DNA of 64,000 nucleotides from Geosiphon pyriformis uo1 (GCA_016748015.1 JAAOMT010000012.1:124001-188000), one strand, 5' to 3'; shown: positions 28,139 through 44,100, numbered from the stretch's first letter. Numbers and translations: made by a program. Notes: generated by a model not told the origin, from the letters alone.

Positions 28139-30110
28139 TCATGTTCGATGTGTAATTACCCACTAAAATGAGAAAGAATTTATAAATGAGCTAGAAAAAT
28201 AATATATTATCAACATCAAAAATAAATAAATCAGTTATAGCCTACCTGATAATAATATAACAATACACAGGCTGGTTGTCCGACCACACAAAAACTCACC
28301 CAAAAAATTACATTTCCAAGCGTTGTACCTTTACCCCTCCACTTTTCCAGCTACAATTAAATTGTGAAAGAGATCAGGGATAGTTATTTTTTAAAAAAAT
28401 AAACAAATTTCAAGAAACCAATTCTAATATATACCGGCTTTGTCAATTCGATTAATGGTATTTGAGCCTAAGCATAAGGTCATACATAATAAAGTCAGAA
28501 TTTCAGTATTTAAAAGAGCAACTTTAAACAAAATTTCTTTTGGAAAGAATACCATCATGCCTCCAAACGCGTAGCCCATTATGGCATGGGTCGGTACACC
28601 GACCATCAATTCATGCAGCGCTGCAGAGATTGTAAAGACTATCAAAGAAGCTATCATTGGTGATATTCCAAGATCAAACAACGGTAGGTAGACATGACGT
28701 TTGAACCATTGATAGACGGGACGATTCCAAAGTCGCCAATAACTATTTAATGAACCGGAATTCCACCAGGCAAGATAAAAAGTTCGATCACCAAACCGAA
28801 GCACCTATTCAATAAAATTGATACTTGAGTTTATGAAACTCATTGATTCATTCAAAGGGTTATCTTTAGTTCTAACCTCCGCTAACGCGTTCAAGAAACT
28901 ATGAAAAAATGCATAGAACATTAATAGCCAAATCGCCAAGCTAGTCGTGCTCAGCTTTAGTACTCTCTCAACTATATTGATCAAAGAGAGTTCTTCCATC
29001 GCTCGTATGCTATTCTTGAGGGTTGGATTAGCATACTGTTCAATCAAGAAATACATCATAGTACAAGCTATTGCGAGTTCTCCGCAACGTTTCAGGAAGA
29101 AACCAGGACGAAATCTTTCAGGCGCTCGTGGATATGATGGTTGATAACATAAAGTAGGAGCAAACCAAAAATAAACCAAATTGGCGAAAGTAATATTCTT
29201 TGGATATTCGACTGTGTAACTATCCAGATTGAGATTAACGATGTCTTTTGAAGCGAAGATTCCAGTCAACTGAGAAAGCCGAAGATCACGATTCACCAAA
29301 GCATATGAGAGAAGCTTGAGAAACAGAATAACTCCAATAAATAAGGTGAATGTAGCAAGGACTGGATGAAATATTAGAAAGTAAGAAAAAATTGTGGGAT
29401 AAAAAAGAGTGACAGAAACATTGATCGTATGTAAAATTGCGGCTCGTTTATTGATTGATTGGATTTTTGGGTTAAGTTTAGGCTCTCTGTCTTCCACCTT
29501 TGCCGTTTTGATTTCGGTCATGAATGGAAGAACAGTGGTTTTCTCAATGTAGTAGGCAAAGAGAAGATTGATAGGAAAGAGGAGCATAGAAATTGGGAAA
29601 AATATGTAGTCCTTCAAGCAAAATAAAAAACAGAACTGTAGATAAATTTAATTGAAACCCTGCAAATGCAAGTGTACAGTTATAAATACCTCTGGAGGAA
29701 CAAAAGTGCCTGGTGTTGATATTAGAAATCCATATTTTAAATAGTTTTCAATGATCAAACGAATATTGCTTACTGCAAGAATTAACACTTGAATAGGAAA
29801 AGTAGGAAATTTAAAGTCAAAGAAAAAATAGATAATTCGTTGAAATTTGTGCAAAAAAGCTCAGGAAAAGGGTTCCTAGTGCTGCAATCTCGATGACCTT
29901 ACTTGCAAGATTCAGAAACCCACGATAACTTTCTGGGGGTGCCTCTTTCGATAAAACTGAAGGCACATTTTTCAAGTGAATAGCACACGCGTGTTTGTAG
30001 CTACGGTTGTGGTCTGTTTCGTTAGTTGAACTGATATTATCAGATTTTGTTTCAATTTCATCAGAGCTTGTTTGCAAAGATACTCTCTGCCTGATAGTTT
30101 CTTGAGACAT
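28139..30110 (-). CDS. DGAT1: Diacylglycerol O-acyltransferase 1 (MBOAT, DGAT1/ACAT family)
   Basis: SVLSKE...YRGFLNL, RLIIENYLKYG, APTLCYQPSYPR, RFGDRTFYLAWWN, WRLWNRPV, SAALHE, GNVIFW...VGQP; GT-AG introns; last short exon inferred. Confidence 0.88.
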
Positions 30111-30488
30111 GGTTAACAAATGTGCTTTCGAAAATTTAATGTTTCAAAGTCAGGGTACTGCCAATTTAAATAAAAATATGATTTCAACGTGAACGTGTTG
30201 CCGAGAATTCAATTCTGACTTACATGTGAAAGTGGAACAATGGTCACATCATGAGAAGTTCATGGGAATTGCCGATATTTCTCGATTGAGTTAATTCATC
30301 TATAACAGGTTCGACCAATTATTCTTGTTTGGGAATCTTTATCATTTAATGATTGAAGATGAATCAATTATAATCAGTAACAAAAAAACCTGGTCACAAT
30401 GATTTTAAGATAATAAAATAAATTTTTTTTTGGTAATAAATTCATTTTTTAAAATTTTCAAATATATGTAATTAAAAAGTTTGTATGC

Positions 30489-30519
<31 letters not shown>

Positions 30520-31012
30520 TTAAAAAACACAATTAGCATATAAATAGTAGTTTCAATATGATAAAATAATTACAAACTAAAAATGATATTTAATGTTTAA
30601 TATTCTTTATAATAATAATAATAATAAGTTGTTTTAATTCTTTAAATAGATCTAAAAACATTTATTTTGTCAAAATGGTTTTTACTTTTCGAAATATATT
30701 AAAAATATCACCATTTTATGATGAATTATTACTTCTCTGTGTATCTTCATAATACAAAATCTTACCTCTCCCATTCAGGCACGTTTATTATTGGCGGTTG
30801 ATTTGTTTATGATAAAATTTAGTGGATGATCGCGCATTTCTTGACTAACCTGTTTTTGCTGGTTTTTTTTGTGGGAGGAAGGAATCCAAAGAGAATTATT
30901 TCTGGGTTCATGGTTGCTTTGGTCCATTGTGTGAAGAAATTATCTGAATAACTGCGCATATCCTCTCAAAGCCTATACTGTGCTTTGCTTGACCATAAAT
31001 TTTTCCCGAAAA

Positions 31013-31850
31013 ATGTCTCAATCAACTGCCGACGAACGAATTATCTTGAACGTGGGGGGCGTTAAGGTAAACCTTTTTTTTTGCAAAAAAAATTGATTCA
31101 TTAATCACGTAAAAAACTTCAAACCATGAATGCGATCAGTCACATTAATCTAATCTTCAAGAAAATATCACTTTGATAAATACCCAGTATGAAACCCTTC
31201 GCTCAACTTTAACCTCACAACCACATACCCTCCTGGGTAAACTCTTCAAAGAAAATACCATCAAACCCACCAAAGGAAACGAATACTTTTTCGATCGCAA
31301 CGGTCGTGCCTTTCACTATGTTCTCGAATACTATCGTACGGGACGTATCACTTTACCACGAGACTCCAAAGATTTTAACACAAGCGGTAAAGGTGCACCC
31401 CTTAATCATGATATAATCGAAGAATTAAATTATTTTGAAATTGTCCCGAAACACCTACCATTTCAAAACAAAGCTCTTGCTATTCGACTCGATGAAATGG
31501 TTGGCATGTTTATGGATATTTATTTCGAGATGGCTGCACGGATGGTGACCAATTTGAGTGTTAGATTTCATATCGATGGCTATTTCGCTGTACCATGTGA
31601 TGTGAACACGTTGATTGGGTCGAGCGCATATGTGGTGTTGGAGAAGTTTAGTCAGGATATCCAATCTCATTTGAGTAATAGTATTCCCGAGCTGAAGATC
31701 ACTTTCAATCATTTTCCAAAAGGGTTTCAATATCCTGATGGGGAAACCGTTCCTATTCCGCACTTCGATGTTGAGTTAACCCTGAATAAGGATCAGTATG
31801 ATTTCGATCTTATTCGTAATAATTCTTGCCTGAGATCAAGAGATCCTTGA
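31013..31850 (+). CDS. BTB/POZ (KCTD/T1-type) domain protein, 2 exons
   Basis: Exon 1 31013-31066 MSQSTADERIILNVGGVK; exon 2 from 31188 YETLRSTL...EYFFDRNGRAFHYVLEYYRTG...EELNYFEI. Confidence 0.92.
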
Positions 31851-34192
31851 GTATGTTTCAGTAGTCAGAGAAATCGGTCATAAAGTGAGCATCTGTGAAC
31901 TATACGTTTTTAAATAGCATGAAGTATCTAAAAATTTAAAGACAAAAAGACCGAAAATTTTTTGAGTTAATTAAAATAAATAAATCTGGTCAGTTTTTAT
32001 ACAATTAAACGTTCAAAAAATATAAAGGGGAAGGCTTTAAATATTCGAGACCTCTAAGATCACCAACGCACGATCCTTTATCTGAAATGTCAAATTTAAA
32101 ACAGGCAAGAGTTTGATTGGCTTTTGGGATCTTGGATCTCAAGTCTCCTGCGAATCAAACAACTAAAAAGATGAAAGTACTAATATGATGAGTGCATCAT
32201 GAAAAAATTAGCATAAACAAATAGAGAAAAGACATAAAATTTGTCACAGAGATAATTGGATCATAAAATCAACTGGAAATAGTAACAAATATGAATATAG
32301 AGCTGGTAAAACAAAGAGTTTGTTTTTTTAATGTTATCAATAAACAGTAGAATAAAACATTATTATTATTTACAAGAAATGGATTTAATAAATTTTCGAA
32401 GTCTTTTGTCTTTGTATAAAGTAAATATTAGAATATAACTTAGCAATATTTAACATAAATATATAGTTAATGTTTTTACTATTGATTAATCTCTTAACTG
32501 CAGTTTTTTTATTACTCTTATCATTCTTGTGCATTTTATGATCTTATATTTTTTTATTTAATTTATTAATTATTATACTATTATTATTTTTAGCTACTAT
32601 AATTATTATAATTATTGTATTATCAATAAACATTAAATTATTATATTGAATTAAAGTTTTGGTTGATTTTGGCTTTACCTATTATATTTTTGTCAATTTT
32701 CAATTAAATTAAAAACTTTATAATAGAAGATTAAATAATTAGAAATATTTTATCTTATATGTTTAATTTTTTACTTAATTAAATTAATAAATGATTTTAT
32801 ATATTAAACAACTAAATAAGTTTTCTATGTTTTAGTAAAATCAGTAATAAATTGATAAGTAATCTTAAACATCAGACAATTAAATAATTATTTGTGTTTT
32901 AATACTGGTTTTATAACTTAATAAATAGTTTTAATTGATAAAAAATTAAGTAAATTTCTATTATATTATTATTCTATCTATATATTAAATTAAAAATTAC
33001 TTTTTTTTATATTTAATATTGTTAAAACTTTTAATAGAAATATTTATCTTTTATTAAAATAATTTGGTATTATAAAAGTTTAAAAATACCAAAATATGCT
33101 ATTTAAAAAATTTTTTATTAAAATATTTATGTATTCTAAAATCAAAAAAAATCAAAATTATATAAATAGAAAATAGCAAAATTTTTAATCTTATATTTTA
33201 AACAAAATAATAAAAATATCTTGTTAAATTTAATCTAATCCAAAAATATATATATAATTAATTATGATAATAAATATATTATTTTTAAAAAACTTATGAT
33301 TTATTTTTCAAAAATACATTTTTTAATTTATAATTTATATAAATAAATTTTATAAAAATTTTAAAAATTTTTTTCCAATTTTATCTTGTTAAATAGTATT
33401 AATTAATTTTTTATCAATAAACAAATATTCAATAAATTAAGAATATTATTTATAAAAATTTGCAATAGTGATTATTGTGATTAAAAATAAGAATTAATTA
33501 AAATAAAATATATTTTACATAATTTTATTATATAATATTACTAATAATCGAAATTAAAACAAAAATTATATTAAAATTATTAATAAATAAATATAAAGAA
33601 ATTTTTAAATTCTTAATAAATATTTTTGCTTGCTTAATAATATTTTTTTTAACTTTAAAATACATATTATATAATTTTTTTGTTAATTTATTTACAATAA
33701 ATACTTTTTTTCTTTTTTTATTTGCTTATTTTTATTAATTTATGTTTTAATAAACTTTAAATTTACTTTTTTAAAATATTTTTTAAATATTAACTATTAA
33801 TAATTTCATATTATTATATATATATTTATATAAATTTTAAAATAAATAATAACAATTAAAAAAAGTAAATTTTGATATATTTTTGCTTTTTATTAATCTA
33901 TTTATTATTAAAAAAGTCTTTTAAAATATTTATTACAAAAAAAAATCTTATAAATTTTTTTAAAAATTTTATTCTTTATAAACAAATATTTTTTTAATAA
34001 TAATACAAAAAAAAAATTACCAATTAATTTACATAAATAAAATATTATTTTTTAAGCTTACTGTAATAAAATTTAAAAAAAATTGTAAAAACAACTTAAA
34101 AAAAAGAAGTAAATATTGGTATGTTTAAAGATTTTATTATTAAATATTTTTTGTATAGTTTTTTTTAATATATATAAAAATTTATTTATTTT

Positions 34193-37100
34193 ATAAGTGC
34201 AGTTTAACTACTATTTAATATACAAAAACAAAGCAAATGAATTAAACCAAACATAATTTATGTGCTTTTTACATGTAACCAGTTACTTGGGCTAATTAAA
34301 ACAAGACTACATACTTATAAGAACTTTTATATTATTGTCTAAATTAGAAAAAACAAATATGGTTTATGCAAACCAAAACTAACAACAAAAAATTCAACAA
34401 TACCAAGCAAATAAACCACCCTTTTAAATAAAAAGCTGGTTAAATCACATGACAAATTAAACATCATACTCATATTATAGACTAAGCCACTTCTCTGTAT
34501 ATCTGCTCTGAATTTAGCTTTTAATAACTAAGACTTAACACAATGCTTATTAGCCAAATAGCAAATAAAATTAATTACTATTAACACTGCTTTTTTTTAA
34601 TCATCAAAAACAGATATCATATTCTTAATTTATTCTTTAAAAACAAAGTTTTTGTACAAGACTATATATATATCAATATTTAAAGCACCTAAGAAAAGAG
34701 TGTACAATACTAAAAATAATAATAGAAAGCAATTTCTTACCAAAAATTTTCACAGTTCAATGTAATTAGATAAAATATCAAAGTGCACATAAACATTTTT
34801 GAAACAAGTAAAAGCATAATCTAACAGCTTAATATTATCACACATTAAGTACAAAACACCCAAATAATTCTTATTATATAGTTTTTTGTAAACAACAATT
34901 AGCAATCTTTTGTGTACAGTTTTTATCAAATAAATGTACAGAACAATTAACTTTTTACTAGTAAATTCAGCCAGTATGTAAGAATCTAAATGCCAAACTG
35001 AGGCAATACAATTCCAATTTATGTTTTGAATGAATAAATTGTTTAAAACATTTGCCTTAAAACTAGCTTTTTATAGTGTTCAACAAACAATCTAATAAAT
35101 ATTATGAACAAAATAGTGATTATTATCCAAAACTATTTGTTTATCTGTTATAAAAATCTTTTTATAAACTCCAATAGGAAGAACCAAATGCAATTGCACT
35201 ATAACACAAGCAAAAATATTAGTTTACTTATTATTAATGTCTCTTGAATGGTCTTTTACTTTTATTTATTTTACAAAAATGTCTTTTGACTTAATTAAAT
35301 TAGCAATATAATGTTTTTCTACTCAATACTTATTCCAAAATCAGGCTGACAAAGCTTGCATCTTAATAAACATGTATCCAAAACCACTTGGCTAATCATA
35401 TGTAAAACCACTAAGCAAAATAAGAAAACACATTCCAAAGCCAAAACAACAATCTACAATTTTAATATCATTGAAAACAGCAATCTATGCATCTCAATAC
35501 TCATACTTATATCAATATTAGAAAAGTAAACTGCAATCTTAGCAGTCACTTTTGATGTACTCAGATCTTTTAAGGAATCATTAATATAAATATTAATTAT
35601 CTTAGTTTATACTTCATGCAAACATTTATGCACACCTAAAAACTCATTTAAGCAAAGAAAATTTGAACAGTCTAAATTAGCAGCACTACTATCAGATCTC
35701 ATTAGAAGATTGCTCATATATACTAAAGTTTTTTTAAATCACATTGGTACCAAACTCCTTGAACTCAATCTTTTCTAACATTGAAAAGTCTTACAATTTA
35801 TGATTAGATCATACTTGTCTAACAAACTGTTTCCAAAAACAAGATCAAAATATTTCAAAAAATGCATTATATTAAAATAATAAGTGTTTTCTAGTATTTT
35901 GGATATTAGAAAGTGACCAGACCCACAAAATATACTAGGCAAATTATTGGCCAAAAAAATCTTGGTGTCCAAAAAAATCCTAATAATACCTGCCAGAAAA
36001 TTATTCTTTGAATTAATTTTTAGCTTGATTAAATATTATAAAAGATTTAGAGACATTCATTCTAAAACTTGCAGATCCAAAGCATGGTGTTTGAACAATC
36101 AGCCAAAAATTTTAGCAACATTAAAAAATTTAATTACTAAAACAATTTTGGTTTCAGTTTAGATCTGTTCAAAAGATTTCAAACCATATAAAGATAGGTG
36201 ATGCAAAATCTCATTGGAAAAATTCTTTGGTAGATTGGCCTTAAATCTAAGCCTCTTTTATATCATAATATTTTACTTATAATATGTGCTTTTAGATATA
36301 AAACTAAATTGTATTTGATAACTTATTATAGGCTGCAAAACTGTTTATCTGACAATATTTTCCTGAGAACTATATTTGAGAAGAACCTAATATTTGAGTG
36401 TGTTTTTATGAGACTTAGTTTAAATAAGCTCTCTATTAATAAGAAAATACCAAAATATCTATAAAACTTATCATGTTTGACTATGAAAATCAGTTAATTA
36501 CTAATGTACAAAAAAGTCTTTACCATCTTTTAATTAATAAGAATGACTATTGTTTTGTTATTATTAATAGAAATATTATTAATTCTGAAAAATTTATTTA
36601 CAATATTCAAAATATACTGTGATAAATTCTGACTGTTCCTTATACAAATTGTATTATCAACAAAAGCATCAGTCACAAAAAACAATGATTTGTTTTTACT
36701 AACCTCTACTCTCTCTGTTTTTGCCACAAAATTTAAATTGATCTTATATCTACACAAATATCTATGCCTCTTAACCTTACACAACAAAGAGTCATAAAAA
36801 ATTCTCCAAAAAAGCAGTGAGAAAACTTTATCTTAATTCAGCTTATTATGAACTCTGTAGTTATTTATAAAAACAGAGTTAACAGGATGATAACTAATTT
36901 TGGCTTTTTAAATATTTTCAAAAAACTCAATAAACTTGTCACATATTTTAATATGTTTTAAACTTAATCTTAAATAATACTACTCAACTGAATCATAAGC
37001 TTTGTGTATATTCTGTATAAACAACCAAATTTTTCAGCCTTTTTCTAGAGTATTCTTTACTACTAAACCAACAACAAACACAGAAGACTAAGTTGAAATA

Positions 37101-40100
37101 CTTTTCAAAACTGAAAAATTATTATTATACAGAATGTTAAGCTTATTACAAATAGATAAAATCCAATTTGAAAGAATCTTGGACAAAATCTTCTTAGCAG
37201 TTTCAATTAATACAATAGGCTAAGTGTTAGTCAAAATGATATTCTAATTATAAGGCTTGGGAATTATCAAAACCCATGTTTTTTTCCAAAGATCTGAAAT
37301 ATCACCAAGTCTCAAACAAGAATTGAACAGATCCAAAAGACATTTCATTACTTCTTTATTATAGTGTTTCTACAATTCATTTAATATGCCAGAAAAACCA
37401 GCTGCTTTGCCATTAGATAATTTATTAATTACCAAAACTAATTTTTCCAAGCAAACAATATTTATTATGCCAAAAAAAACATTATCTCTTACATGTTCTA
37501 AAAGTGCATATTAACAAGTCCACAAATCTGGTAGAACTAAAGGTATCTTTTGTTTTCTCATTTAATCTATCATAATATCATCCATTTTAGACTTTACTTT
37601 ATTCAGTTTCAAAATTATTTCCTCCCTAATTATCAAATGATCTAAAACAACTTTGCAGAAAAGTTGTTTCAAAATATTTTTTATCATGTTTTTTTATTTA
37701 AACTGAAATTTTCCATTTGTTTTTCAATTGCATTTTTGATAAATGTGCTCTTTACCACTTCTGATTCATAATACTTTGATTTTTAATAACTTTTCTTAAT
37801 CTTTAACAAATGTTTAATTATTCTTGTAGGTCTTATATTATCATGAAACAAAATAATAATTTTAAAAGTCTTAGCATTATTAATAGTTAACCAGATTCTA
37901 ACAAGCCATTCGAAATCAGACACCCTACTCAAACTTAAACTTTTTACTGTTTTAGCAATTAAAGATTCCAGCTTGAAGAATTTTAAAGATAGTTTGCTTC
38001 TTGAGCAATTAAGTTCATAAAACTAATACTTAGAAAACACTTCATTGGCTGATTTAATCATAACATTTTTTAATACCTTTTACATTTTATACAAACTTCT
38101 ATTATCTTTTGTTTTTATAAAATTATTTATTATTATTAGCAACTTAACAGAAGAACATTCTCTAAAATGTATCTACTTGGTTTTATTTATATTGTTAATT
38201 TAAAACTTTTACCAATTCTTATTGGCCTGCTTGTAAACACTATTCAAATAAATATTCAATAAACTTTCCAATCTGATCAAGACTGAAATAATTTTATGAT
38301 TAATATTAAAAAATTCAAATACAGAACTAATCACACACTTAGTAATTATTAAAGACATATATTTGCTTATGAAAACATAATTAATAACTTTCTTAACCCC
38401 TCTGAAGTTGCTTTAAGTAAACAGCTTACTTAAAAAATATTCTCTTAAAAAATTGACCAAACTTATATCTAAACACTTTTTAAAACTGGCATATTTCTTA
38501 AAACCATTTTTATTAAAGTCACTATCCAAAACAACAAAAAAACTAGAATTAATTATCTTAGAAATAACTAAGTTGACATTAAAAGCCTGATTAAACTGAA
38601 TTTTGGTTGATACACAAGCATATAAATCCAGAATTATGACTAAAAATTTGTCTTTAAATAATAATTAAACAAAATAACTCTGTTAGAAATTTTCTTTATT
38701 CTTGATACATGCTAAGCCAGAAAACAATTTATAACAACAGCTATATTAGCACCAAAAAAATTTTTTTTTAGGTTTGATATAAAAATTTAAACATTATTAA
38801 ACTTATTTTTAATCTATGACCTAATTTTAAATCTTAACTTAGTTTTAATAAGAATAGAAATTATTTTGTCAGATTTTAAATATTAACAAATAATATTCTT
38901 TTGTTTTGTTAAATTGTTTATACCCCTAATATTATATGTAACTATTTTCCAAACTAACTTACTCATTAGAAAAAAAACCCATTAAAAAAGCTAAGTCAAC
39001 ACACAACTGATCTAATTTTACTAAAACAGAACCAACAAAAGTTTCAAAAGCTACTAGCTTTAACTTTAAGCTGTCCATTTTGGTAGTTAAAATCTTTAAA
39101 CTACTTAGACCCAAGACTAAAGCTTTAGCAATAATCAAAGAAGGAGACAAAAACAGAACATTTAAAATGTTTAATACCATATCTAAATCCAAACTGGAAC
39201 TTTAATCTAAAGGGGAAACTGAAGCAAAAAACTGAGAAACAGATATCAAAGAAACCAGTTTCATATTGTTAATTCTGCATAAAAAACCTGAAATTTGGTC
39301 AGCCAATAATTTCAATAAACACTTTAAAGAAGCCAAATAGGTCTTAATTAATAAAACACATTATAGAAAAAAGAAAATTTTTACATTATTCAAAATACCA
39401 AAAGAAGAAAAGCCAAAACCAGAACCAAAACCAGAGAAAACATTATTATAAATTGAAGCTAATAACACAATTTAAGCTCATAACTTGTTATCAAAGACAA
39501 CAAAGTGGAAGATAAGAACATTTTTTTTATGTACAATCTTGTCAATTGAAGATAAATCTCATCTAAAATAGCTTTTTTAAATGTTTTTAAAAGCTTAGGA
39601 ATGGATGTAATTGGTCTATTATATTTTAGAGCAGAATGTTCAAAATGCTTACACTTCTTATAACAAACCAAATTTATTTTAGCCTAAGAGAACTTTACAC
39701 CATTAAAGATTAGTTTCATGTAAAAAACAGATTCTAACTTTTTATCAAAATCAAAACCAATTACAGCATAGCAAATCTTATTGCCAGTAATTAATAATTA
39801 ATTTATAACACGAGTTTTTTTACCAGCTTTCTCTAAAAGAGCTCCAAAATTATGTGCAGTTGTTTTTACTAACAAGATAAACAAAAGCACCTTAAATTGA
39901 TCTTTTGATGCTTAAATATCATAATTACTCACAGTTTTAGCTATATGTACTGAATTTTTTCTGATTAAGAATAACTATCTTGCAACCAATTGATCTGCTT
40001 GTTCCAATTTGGCAAACTCTATCACAGTCTTTTGCCATATTCCAATTAGTTACAATTTAATTGACAAAATTTGACCATATTCTGCAACTACAACAACAAT

Positions 40101-40860
40101 CATTTTTTTTGATATGTCTATGGAAATTTTTTTATTACTACAGCCTAATCTAAATGTATTTCTTGTTTCTTAAAATTATTGTTTACCATAATGTCTTTTT
40201 TTTGGCCAATGAAATAGCCTTTTTTATGCTCTTTTTTAATATAAACATAGATTTAATGATTTTTTTAAATTTTAAAAAGATAGTAATTTTTCTAAAATTA
40301 TTAATTAATAAAAACATTTTTCTAATTATTTGAGTTTTTGCAGTAATTAATTTTTTATTATTATAAAGAGATTAATATCAAGAGCAAAAAATTTTTTAAC
40401 AGATATTTCAATCCGAGTTTTTATTATTTTTGGATTAATCTATCTTTTATCCAAAGAAATGTTAAGTAAAAAAGAAAAGAGTTCTTCATTTTCATCTATG
40501 TTATAATCAATAGTATCATAGGAAAATCATATTTTAGACTAATATCTGATTTCTTTTTTACTTTAGAAATATTTGCCACTAAATTGAGAAAAGAGTTATT
40601 ACTAATACTTAAAAACATACTATTATTTTCACTATTATTAAATACACTCTTTTTATTTGAATATATGCTATTGTCATTATCAAATTTAATTAAAGAGATA
40701 TCTTTTTTATTGTCAGAATGCTTAATATTGTCTATTAAAATTTTTTTCTTCTGAAAAAAAAAATTTACAATAAGATCTTGAAAAGCACCCTTAAGCACTT
40801 TTTTTTTCAACATACTATTACCTAAAACAGCCATTAAGTCCACCACAAAAAAATTATTTG
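34193..40860 (-). mobile_element. Full-length but heavily decayed LINE (ORF1 + APE-RT-RNaseH ORF2), about 6.7 kb
   Basis: ORF1 remnants 40846-38959 with a decayed CCHC knuckle near 39660. ORF2 starts MSKLVWKIVTYNIRG (APE N-terminus) at 38966; RT remnant DAFVDNTI near 36660; 3' end homologous to 41180. Confidence 0.88.
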
Positions 40861-41149
40861 TTTGAAAAATATTATAAGAAACTAATAAGAAAAAATAAAA
40901 AACAAAAAACTTTTTTTTTAAAAAATGTTTTTTGGAGAATTAGAAATATAGAAAAAAAAAGTTTTTTAAATATTAAAAATATTAAAAATTAAATAAAAAT
41001 TAATAATATTTTAAAGTAGTTGTTTACAATTAATTTTTATTTTTTTATTTATTATTAAAACCATAATTTTATAAGTTTTTTTATTATAAATTTTTGATAT
41101 TTATATATATATAATATAGATAATACAAAAGAATATTTTATATTTATGT

Positions 41150-44100
41150 TTATTATTATTATTATTTTTTTATTGCTTAACAAGTGAGGTCCAAACACTA
41201 CCTAGTACTATACATCAAGGAATTGATCTAAACTAGGCATGAATCATGCACTTTCTACACGTGACCAGCCACTCAGGCCGATCAGAACAACACTATACAG
41301 CTATATGAACTGACACCAATTCACCTATACCTAAAAAGAACAAACAAGACTTGCGAAAACCAAAATGAACACCTAAAGCATTAGTGATGCCAAGTAACCT
41401 AACCACCCCTGCAGAGAACCTCGAAGCCAAACCATGAACTGAGATGACGGCCAAACCATCTAGCGGGATCAGTCCATTCTTCTCCATATATACATGATGC
41501 TTAGTATAAACTGACCAGACATCCTTCCTAAAAGCAAGACCAAGAGAGCACACAAACTTGACAATCTCCAAAACAGCAATCTTGGAGTTGTGAAAGACAG
41601 AAACAGCCTTGCAAAACCACCCATTGAAAACAAAGCCCTTAAAAAGAGCCATGAACACAGAGGAATCAGAAACACTGGATAATAACAGCTGCAATATACC
41701 CGAGAAAGAATAAGAAGAACCAGAAAGCATCTTCTAGAACCCTACATGAGAATCCAACAACTAACGTTGAACAGACTTGTCAATCTTGCAAGAGAACACA
41801 TGATCTGACACCTCCACCTTACCACAATACAAGCACAACATGCTAGAATAACATTTATTATAGAGGCGCTTTCAAACAGCAACTGGCAGCTGATGGTGTA
41901 AAGACTTCATAAAGTAAGTATGCACACTGGACAAAGACCTGCTGGTGAAATCTGCAGCCATGTGCAAATCAGAATGCCATACCAATGATGAGTAGAGCCA
42001 ATCAACCTCAGAAGACAAGCTGCCCACCAAAACCCCAGAACCAGAACCAACCTCCTATTGTGCACGACAAATAGAACAATAAACATCACGAACAAAATGT
42101 CTCGAATTTTCAGAAACAATATTACTATTAGCTGACAAGTAGTGCTTACTCAAGCAAGAGAGAAAATACCAATTGGAAAGAGAAGCAGCACCAGCGATTG
42201 CATCAGCACGCTCATTTCCCAAAACACCAGAATGACCTTTTATCTTGTGAAAGCTAACCCTTAACTTCTTACTGTGAATCACATTGACAATATGATGACA
42301 TTTGACCCAACACTGATTACGATAATTAGGATACACCAGACCCAACTCTGACCTGCAAGCATCCAAAGCCGATTGACTATCTGAGAACAAACAAACAGAG
42401 CTTGATAAGGGAACACACTCCAGAGCCAAGGCGACAGTCTGCAATTCCATCAAAGTAGACGACATCAAATCCAACACACTAACGCCCAAACCCAAACCAA
42501 TGTCCTCAAAAAAAACAGCAGCACCAGCTCTACAGCCAACTATGCCAAGATTACTAAGGGACCTATCCATATATACTGACAGGCTGCTAGCACCAGTTGC
42601 CAAGAGATGATTACAAACAGACACAAATTCACCAAACTCAAGAATGTTCGAAGGACTACCATCACCCAAAACTAAAGACTGAGTGTGAGAAGATCCCATA
42701 CTATTAAGAAACAAAACAGAATGCTTAAACCACTCAGGAACTGGGCCACAGGGGTCCAATCTCTTCCACCACTTGAAAGTGTACCAATTATAAACAGCAC
42801 CATGACGGTTACGAAATTGATCCACAAAGGCAATACCATACCACCGAAGGGAAGAGAGAAACCTAAGAAACCTTGACTCGCCCAGAACTTCAAACATAGG
42901 CACTTCACTATGAGACCAAAAGAAACTAACTAAAGAGCCATCCAGAGACACATTGCAATTGAAAAGAACATGAACCATGCTTACCAGAAAGTTATTAGAT
43001 GCACTAACACGAATACAAACAGGAAAACTCAACAGATGAACAGGGTGCCAACACAGAACTTGCAAGTCATGAAACCTGTGAGAAAACAAACAACCCAAGA
43101 TACTACCAGAGTTCACAAAACTGACAAGAAAAGCAATCTTGCTCTCAATTTGAACTTGAAAAAATGACTTTAAACCATAAAATGAAGGGTGATAAATTGC
43201 ATCATTAGGGAAATTGAGCAGCAAACCAGACTTAAGCTTCAAACCTTTATGAATCAGAGCATCCCACTTGTTGCACATGCCAACAAGAATAAAACTGAAC
43301 TGAGTTCTATAGCTGACTATTGGATGCAGAACTGCCAACACCAAATACAAGAACTGTTTATCTGAAATCGCCTTCCTCAATACCAGATTGGTGAAAAAGC
43401 GAATGTCCGAATGCGTCTTAACCAAGCTAGACTTCGAAAGACCCTCAGTCGATAGAAAAATGCCCAGATATCGGTGAGATTCCCCTTTTTTGGCAATAGA
43501 AATGGGTGAACCGCTAATAGAAAGAGAGGGATTGCTAACTCTACTATTGATAGGAATGGCTACCATTTTGTCATTATTAATAGAGATGTCATTGACATGA
43601 AAAAATTCACTAGCAACATTGAAAATATGTTGAGTAGCTGTCTGACTACTGCCAACCCAAATTGTGTCATCAACAAAAGCACCAGTGGCAAAAAAAGAAG
43701 AAAACCCAGTCTGAGATTCGGAACGACCATTCTTAGAAACAAAGTGAGAATTCAACCTATACCCACATACACTCTTCTGTCTTTTGACTTCACACAAAAA
43801 AGGATCATAAAATATGCACCAGAAAAGAGGAAAAAAGACTTCTCCCTGGTCCAAACCATTGTGCACATGATAACCACTTGTTAATCCAAAATCAGTTATG
43901 ACTCGGTTGGTATGATTCCTATAAATACTACCAAAAAACCGAATAAATTTGCTACACATCTTAATCCTGACCAAATTCTTTTCGAGATGCTCCCAGCCAA
44001 CTGAGTCATACGCCTTTCTCATGTCCTGTAGAACTAGCCAGAGCTCACTGTTTTTTTCCAAAGCATCTTCGACCACCAAACCAATTGCAAAAATAGGAGA

